Source: Octopus vulgaris (taxonomy: Eukaryota). Taken from it: DNA of 64,000 nucleotides. The stretch spans positions 1,302,001 to 1,366,000 of the forward strand of contig OX597827.1 of the NCBI GenBank assembly GCA_951406725.2. Direction: 5' to 3'. Of the stretch, positions 55,363 through 64,000 are shown one piece after another; position 1 is the first letter of the stretch, and each line of letters starts with the position of its first letter. The notes under the pieces are model-generated. The model did no database searches, was not told where the DNA came from, and saw only the letters and a list, made by a program, of their open reading frames with translations. Made by a program: the position numbers and the translations under genes.

Positions 55363-57417
55363 TGTTAATAAATAAATTATAAGTATTTTAAAATTGGAAG
55401 TTGCTATTCAATCACCCTGTATATGGAAAATTGGCACTCCGTCGCTTACGACGACGAGCGTTTCAGTTGATCTGATCAACGGAACAGCCTGCTCGTGAAA
55501 TTAACGCAGTCCGAAGACAAGGGCACACTTAACGTAGTTCTCAGGGAGATTCGACATGACATAGAATGTGGCAAGGCTGGCCCTTCGAACCACGGGTACA
55601 GCTCATTTTTGCCAGCTGAATGGATTGGAGCAACATGAAATAAGCGTCTTGCTTACGCATAACGCGTCGCCTGGAGTTGAACATAATAAGGGCATAATGC
55701 GTCGCCTGGAATTGAACTCACAATCTAACGATCGTGAGTCGAATACCCTAACCACTAAGCCACATATAAATATCTCTATAGAAATATATGTCTATCTATG
55801 TATGTATAATCGACGGGCTTCCCAAATTAGCCCGGGTCTGTGACAAAAAAACAAAAAAATAAAACAGAACTTGCCTGAGGTAGCACGCAATGGGACTGAA
55901 CCCGGTTGGGAAGCGAATTGGCTGTCCATCAGATGGAACAGTGATCAGAGCTGATCCAGTGTTGAACAAAACAACAACGAAGGAGAAGTTGGGTGAGAGG
56001 TAGAAAGGGAAATGTGTAAGTGAGAAAGAGGGGAGGGAGAGAAAGCGTGAGAGGAGAAGGTGGGAAGTTGAGGAAACAAAGATAAACAAGAGAGAGAGAG
56101 TGTGTGGAGGTGGGAGATATAGAGAGAATAAGTGAGAGAGAAGGGGAGGAAGGAGAGATGGAGAGAGGAAAGAGGAAAAGACTAATAGACGGGCAGGTAA
56201 TGAAGAGAAAAGAGAGGTTGGATTGATAGACACAAATAAGAGAGAGAGAGAGAGAGAGGGAGGGGTTAGATTGAGAGGGGAAAATAAAGAGACTATATAA
56301 GGTGGGAATAGAGGGTAAGCGATAAATAAGAGAGCGTGAGAAAGAGAGAGAGAGGGGGAGAGAGAGAGAAAGAAAGAGAGAGAGAGGAAGTGAGAGAGAA
56401 AAGAGAGATAGAGGTATGGTGTGTATGTGAGAGGGAGAGAAAAGAGAGATAGAAGCATGGTGAGAGAGAGAGGTATGATGAAAGAATGTGTAAGAGAAGG
56501 AGGAAGAGCGTTGGGAAAAGGGTGGCTGCCGTGAGTCAAGTGATAAAGAGAAGTCAGAGAATTAGGGAGAGGGGGAGAGAGAATGAGAAAGTGGGAGGGG
56601 GAGAGAGAATTAGAAAAGAAGAGACAGAAGGCAGGAAATTCATCGAGAAGCTAGAGAAAGAGAGGATCAAACAGAGAAAGAGAGAGAGAGGGGAGGAGGG
56701 CTAGAGAGCGTTAGTGAGAAGGAAGGTGAGGGGGGGATGGAGTTATGAGAGGAAATGAAAAGCCCCGGAAATAAACAGTCGATTAAATAATAAGAGACAA
56801 GAGACAGACAGTCAAACAGGCAGACGGTCGGACAGACAGATAGGCGGACAATGAAAGTGAGAAAGAGAGAGAGAGAGAGAAGGGGGGAGGAAGAAGGAGA
56901 GAGATAATGGGAGGTTAGATAGAGAGGCAAGAAAACAGAGAGAGAGAGTGAGTGAGGGTAGAGGGAGAGAGGTGGAGATATCACATAAAACGAGAGAGTG
57001 AGAAAGAGAAGAGGGAGAGGAAGCAGCGTGTTATGACACCTGAACAAATAAGAGGAGTTTTGTGCTGATCTAAACGTCCTTTTATATCGGACTACAAAAG
57101 CTGTTTTAAGCAAAAACAAACGTCCATTTGGTGTCTGTAAATGTGGTTTAGTGGTGGGGATGGTGGTGGTTGGTGGTGGTGGTGGAGATGCGTGGCTTTC
57201 ATCACTATCACCCGGTGTCGGTGTAGCTGAAGGTGTTGTTGTTGGTGGCGGTGGTGGCACTTTCACCACCACCACCACCATCATCACCATCATCATCATC
57301 ATCATCGACAGCTTTCTTACCTTTCACCATCCACGTCAGCAAATATCTAACAGCAAACTCAGCAACATGATCAGTTGAGATCACCCATTGACAAACACCT
57401 CCGCCAACACCACAACC

Positions 57418-57449
<32 letters not shown>

Positions 57450-57646
57450 CAACAACAACACCAACGCCATCAACACTTTCACTATTACTACCACTATTAC
57501 TGCTACTTCCAATACTATCACCACCACCACCACCACCACCACCAATTACACCAGTACCACGACCAAATACCATCACAATCACAACCAATACCAACACCAC
57601 ACCACCGCTACCACTACTTCTACTACAAATACTACAACTTATGACA

Positions 57647-57715
<69 letters not shown>

Positions 57716-58174
57716 GCTGTAACTAAACAACTACCGCTAATGCTAACAGACCAAGTTTTTGTTACCGACATGAACAAAAACGACCAAGAACAATGAGAAA
57801 CAAAAGACCCACCCCTAAACCACCCTTAACCACCCTTATCACAACCGCCCCCGCCCCACGCCCCAGGATTCATCCATCGATATTAACAGCCACCAAACAC
57901 GAAATCCATAGCGAATAACAACAACCGAAGATAATAAGCATCATCATCATCATCATCAATAACGACGTCGACAGCAGCACCAATTAGATGATCAGCGACA
58001 CCATCAGCAGCGCCACTCAGCATCACCATCAGCAGCGCCACTCAGCAGCGCCACAAGCCATACCAATGACAACAGCAACTTTTATCGTTTCTAACATTCA
58101 ACACCGACAATGATCCTGTATCATATATTTTTTTTTTATTATCATCGTCATCGTCGCCGTTGACATTGTCGTCG

Positions 58175-58225
<51 letters not shown>

Positions 58226-58580
58226 ACCTCATCAACCTCATCGAAACGACTATCATCATCGTCGTCATCAACGTCGTTGTCCTCATATTCATCAAGATCA
58301 CGACCACCATCCGCTACCGCAGCCACCACCACCACCAATACCACCACCACCACCACCACCACGAACACCTTTCATTTGACATTGTTATCATTTCGTGCGT
58401 GTAACGGTGTTTTGCTAAATGCGCTAAATTCACTATTTTGTCGTATTTGCACTTGATAAACGGTGTTCGTCTTTCATTGACAAATGTCCACCGTTACACA
58501 CACCTTTATATTCATACATACAGAGACACACACGCGCACACGCACCTGCACACAAACCACATACACTCACCCCAACACAC

Positions 58581-58639
<59 letters not shown>

Positions 58640-58856
58640 CATGTTCTTATCTACATGTGCGCGTGCGTGAGCGCACATACACACATGCATATACACACTC
58701 ATACTTGCGTACATACATACATTCAGGAATTCATACATTTATATTTACATAATGTGAGCGGGGCTGTTGCCAGGGGTGGGGGTGTACACATACATACATA
58801 CATATATTCATACATACATATATTCATACATACATATATTCATACATACATATATT

Positions 58857-58943
<87 letters not shown>

Positions 58944-58947
58944 ATAA

Positions 58948-58981
<34 letters not shown>

Positions 58982-59654
58982 ATCCTTTTGTTCCGGATGG
59001 CAATAAAAACAATTGTTAAAAACATTGCGTCCAAATCTTGCATCAAAGATTGCATTTGTTAGAGATAAAAACTGGAGTGCTATGGGGAGGCACGGGGAAG
59101 AGAAGAGTCGTATGGAGATGAAGGAGAGTGGGAGAGCTTTTACGAGCGTTTTTGTGAATGTTTTTGTTTGTCAGAGAGAGAGAGAGAGAGAGAGTTTATG
59201 CTGATGGTGGAACACAGAAGTGAGAAGAAAAAGGTAACATAAAAAAAAAACTACGATTGATTGATAGTCGCACTGATGGAAACGGTGGTGACGGCGGTGA
59301 CGGCGGGGGCTGTCGTAGCGGTGATGGTGGCGGTGCTTGTGACGATGGTGATGGTGGTGGTAGGGGTTGGAGGGTGACGAAAGGCAAATGATGCGGAAAT
59401 GATATTGTCTTTATATATATGTGTGTGTTTCTTTATAGAGATATTCTATTTAACAATCCATTTACTTCTATCAGCCACCCCTACCACCACCCCTCTCTCT
59501 CTCTCCCTCTCCTTTTCTCACTCTTGACTTTTCAACCGTTCATTAGCGTATCTTTTCCCATATATGTATATATTACATATATATATACATATATATACAT
59601 ATACATATATATATATATGTATACACACACACACGCATAGTTATCTATCTACCC

Positions 59655-59722
<68 letters not shown>

Positions 59723-59990
59723 ATCTATGCATGCGCACAAATATGTACTTACGTATACATACCTTCATTTCTATGAATGTCTACCTGGCCATCATATTAT
59801 AAACACACCTCTCTTTTATACACATAATATGCAAAAAGCATTCGGATCGATTGTGTGTGTGTGTGTGTGTACACACACATACACACACACGCACACACAC
59901 ATACATATATGTATGTATGTATGTATGTATATATATATATATATACACATATAAATGCATATTTATATATATGTACATCATCTCCAAACC

Positions 59991-60048
<58 letters not shown>

Positions 60049-60723
60049 TGTATATATATATGTATGTATATATGCACATATATATATATATATATATATA
60101 TGCATTTATATTTGAATATATATGTATGTGTGTGTGGGTGTATGTATATATATAAATATACGTTGACACGGGTATATATATATGAATATATGCATGCCTA
60201 CATGAACCATATAGGTATGCATGTATATGTATGTATGTATGTATATATCAACTTAAACTTGCGTGTTTGTTCGTGCAATCAGTGCCTTTCACATTTAAGA
60301 TAAAGTACTCAATACTTGGAGTCGTAGAATGTATTGTGTGTGTCTTATGTGTGTGCTTATATCCTCTCTTGCTTTTCAGACACCTTGGCTCTTTAAATAA
60401 GGATATCTGTACAACACACACACAAAATCTTATCAGCTTATCTATTGTCGAAAAAGTCTCATATATCTCTTTTTGCTTCTCTATCCACCCATCTAAATCA
60501 ATCAATCAATCGATCTATCGATCGATTAGTCTGACTTTGCATCCGTCCGTCCGTTCGCCCATGTGTATTATCACGAATATACTTACGCATCTGTCTCTAT
60601 CCCACTCTCTCTCTTTCTATCTGTCTGTCTGCCTGTCTGTCTGTTTGCCTGGCTGTCTATGTATATATATAATACATGTGTTTGAGTGTATGTGTATATA
60701 TATATATACATACATACATACAT

Positions 60724-60795
<72 letters not shown>

Positions 60796-60914
60796 TTCGA
60801 ATAAATAATAAAAGAGTCAAATTAATCAATTGAATTAATTAATTAATCAATCAATTAATTAATAATTTATCATTTCAAATTAATAATAAAAGGGTAAAAT
60901 TAATCTATTTAATC

Positions 60915-60972
<58 letters not shown>

Positions 60973-61137
60973 GGACAAATTGCAATATATCATTCAGGTA
61001 TCTACCTTGTAAAGCACTCCTACAGCCTGTTGAACAGGGTGCAAGAGTGGTCAAAATGTGAATTGTTGAAACAATAGTAAGCTATGTAATAAAAGTAATA
61101 CCACCGACTCGTTTCTTCGCCGTTTATCATATATACA

Positions 61138-61191
<54 letters not shown>

Positions 61192-61236
61192 TTAATCAAA
61201 TTCCATTGCAGCCCGATTTTCATATTTATGTTTGTA

Positions 61237-61580
61237 TACGAGGCTGAGTCAAAAAGTAATGCCGTTTTGTTTAGACTGGTATAATTAACAGCACTGGAAT
61301 ATGTATCATCCATCAAAATGAAGCTGGTCCTCTGTGGATCACATCCCTACTTCTCAACAACATAGTCACAGTTTCTCTCAATAGTAATGTTCCACCTTCG
61401 AATGAGAGCATACATCCTGGCCCCGTAAAACTCTGTTGACTGTTCTTTGAACCAATTCTTCATTACAGTTTTTACTTCCTCGTCACTGAAATAATGTTTG
61501 CCTCTCAAACCCTCTTTTGTGGCCCCGAAGAGATGATAGTCTGAAGGCGCTAAATCTGGTGAGTGTGGAGGTAGCGAATA
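61237..61580 (-). mobile_element. mariner 3' end: transposase C-terminus plus TIR
   Basis: LPPHSPDLAPSDYHLF..LRGKHY..EEVK..RW..IERNCDY (YSPDLAPxD motif); TA-CGAGGCTGAGTCAAAAAGTAATG TIR at 61237. Confidence 0.9.
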
Positions 61581-61995
61581 AGTAACAGGATTAAAATACA
61601 ACGCTCCTCTTTTGTTTCGATTCTTTTTCCTATATGGGCATGCAACGATTTGCAGGGCTGTTTTGGCCTTGCCTATTTGGCGCTGCTGATTCGACACCAA
61701 CTTATTTGGTATCAGCCTTTCTGTCACTGGAACTTTTTGGCCTTGTGACAATTTCGTTTTTATTCTAGTCGACAACAAACTTGTAATCACAATTACTAAA
61801 TTACTTGATTAATGAATTTGCTTTAGCTTTCTGCTTCTCCTTATTTGTATAATTACAGGTGAAATATTGACGAAGCATGAAAAGTAGAATATTTCTCAAA
61901 ATGGATTTCTCTTCATTTTCGACGAAATAGAACTGACAGTGAATTTCTGCATTTTGGCACTATGAAGAGAAGAATTGGGGAGAGGGAGAGAGAAA

Positions 61996-62026
<31 letters not shown>

Positions 62027-62069
62027 GAGAAGCATTAGGATGTATTAAATGACCCCGATTGATACAAAT

Positions 62070-62160
<91 letters not shown>

Positions 62161-62348
62161 CAAAATGGGACAAGAACGCAAAACATTCAGATAGATGATA
62201 CAAAGAAAATAAGGACGGGTCATTCGAAATCTGGATGTTTTGTTGTACCCTTTTGTATAAATATATAGATATAAATACAAAATGGGACAAGAACGCCAAG
62301 CATCCGGACAGCTAGGTGATAGAAAAGGGGACAACAAAACATCCAGCT

Positions 62349-62397
<49 letters not shown>

Positions 62398-62490
62398 TAT
62401 ATATCTTCTTCCGTTCTTTCCTGAGCGCCCAATAATACTTTATTTGTTCCACATCCTCGCGTTGTCGTCTTTTTGTTTTCTTGTTTGGAT

Positions 62491-62558
<68 letters not shown>

Positions 62559-62576
62559 ATGTATATATGGATGTAT

Positions 62577-62628
<52 letters not shown>

Positions 62629-62761
62629 ATGCCCATTTGTGTATCTGTCTATCTAACAATCTGTACGTGTTTATTATGAGGCATGTTGTGCATTCGCATG
62701 TACTTGCTTCCAGTGCCAAAAAGTAAAATCGCCCAAACAAGCCATCCATTCGATCTTCCTA

Positions 62762-63815
62762 GTCGTCGTCGTCGTCGTGCCGTCATGTATCGATCACCTG
62801 CAACGCATTGATGTCGCTACAACGAAGCTCTTTCCGATTAAGCGCGAGTTCTCCAACTATCTCTGTACCTGGCTTTTGTTCTACTGCCCCCTACTCTTCC
62901 TTTTGTAATAATGTTGCTCAAACCTTTGCTTCTTCGTGTATGGCCATAAAAGATGAGCCTGTAACGGTAGGGTTTTAATTAGTGTAGTTACCAATTGTAA
63001 CGAGTAAGATTGATTAGTAAACATTATTATGAAATGTCGGAGTCAGCAGTTGTGACGCTAAAAATTTGTTGTTATGACGGCAAGTCGTAAGATGTGAAAG
63101 ATGAACAATGCATGAAGTTTTAAGAAAGTATTTATTTACCGTTGCGTTACAATACCTTGCCTCGACGGGCAGGTTTTGATACATCCAGAAGCATGCGATA
63201 TAAAGTTTGTGCTTGTGTCCTCTTCATTGTTTAGCAGTAAATACAGAGAGAGAGAGACAGACAGACAGAATGATGTAAGAGAACAGAAATAGAGCTAGTG
63301 AGAGTTGTAAGGTGTTGGACGTTGTCTCACAGTTGCTGACAGTAAACTTCATTTCTCCCTCTGACCAATGTTCTTGCTGGTCAGCCAGACTTCGTTGAGT
63401 CGTCACCGACTGTGACTAACTGATTTTTGCTCGGGGTATGCTTGCTTATATAACTATCCAGAAGGATAGATATATCATTCAGAACAATAGATTTAGTTGG
63501 TGGTCTTGCTATCTCTATTCTAGCTTTTGGTGAAGTAGAAGAGGTTAGAAAGGGTCTAGTGATGAAGACATTATTTCGGCCTAGCTAAAGGCATCTGGAA
63601 AATGTGGGAAAAGTTCTGTTGCAGTGTTAATTTAAATTTGGCTATGGTGGATCGAATCCACTTCATGCTTGCAAAATCTACTCCAAGCTTTTGTTTTCTC
63701 ACAATGTTCAAGAGATGTCTTTCACCTAACTGTTGTAATACCCGTTCATTTTACTGATGATCCTTGTAAGAGACTCGTAACATTCTCCTGTGCACCCACA
63801 TTTCAAATGCATCAG
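62762..63815 (-). pseudogene. RTE-clade LINE 3' fragment split by a solo LTR
   Basis: AFEMWVHRRMLRVSYKDHQ*NERVL..LLNIVRKQKL (63686-63815) continues IFYGHTRR..KGRVGGSR..RDSW (<62960); (GAC)n tail at ~62762-62778. Confidence 0.8.
62960..63685 (-). mobile_element. solo LTR, same family as 43952-45067
   Basis: TG...CA on -; imperfect 4-bp TSD AGCC/AGCT; colinear similarity to the first copy. Confidence 0.8.
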
Positions 63816-64000
63816 CCGTACCTGATAACCAGCATCCAAAGAGCTGCGCCCAATTGTCTCGTTCACGCATACTTTTCTCAACATATTATGCTGGGTGCCC
63901 CATTAATCTCTACAGGATATAATTCACTGTGTAACACGAATTTTGTTCTTGAGTAGCAACTGTTATTCCATATTTGTTTGCCCCTAGGAAGTATGAAAAA

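Noticed and set aside
57150-58460. poly-Gln/His/Thr/Asp/Ser ORFs resembling low-complexity proteins
   Set aside because: Mixed trinucleotide repeats open in several frames on both strands, with no domain or convincing splice context.
62961-62995. TGGTAAC after an internal CA as a possible primer-binding site
   Set aside because: The TSD and restored RTE frame place this segment inside the solo LTR.

Overview
This is repeat-saturated, AT-rich eukaryotic DNA, probably intergenic or intronic. The SINE and microsatellite repertoire suggests an octopus/cephalopod genome (inference). I recognise no host protein-coding exon, and nearly all listed ORFs are microsatellite artefacts. Recognisable content: (1) a recently inserted, 5'-truncated Penelope-like element (PLE) with a GIY-YIG endonuclease C-terminus and inverted pLTRs, each carrying an intact-looking hammerhead ribozyme (HHR); (2) about ten further HHR or HHR-like motifs in short, unrelated elements, mostly in or near (TA)n/(CA)n tracts, several of them fold-backs, including a palindrome of two back-to-back hammerheads and a tRNA-headed, hammerhead-tailed element; (3) many tRNA-derived SINEs of at least four families; (4) two solo LTRs, one splitting an RTE LINE; (5) Tigger/pogo and mariner transposase relics, a non-autonomous Helitron and a MITE with an 8-bp TSD; (6) a tRNA-Phe(GAA) with lesions at conserved positions; (7) a ~1.9-kb (TATG)n array. 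All folds and alignments were read by eye and need computational confirmation.
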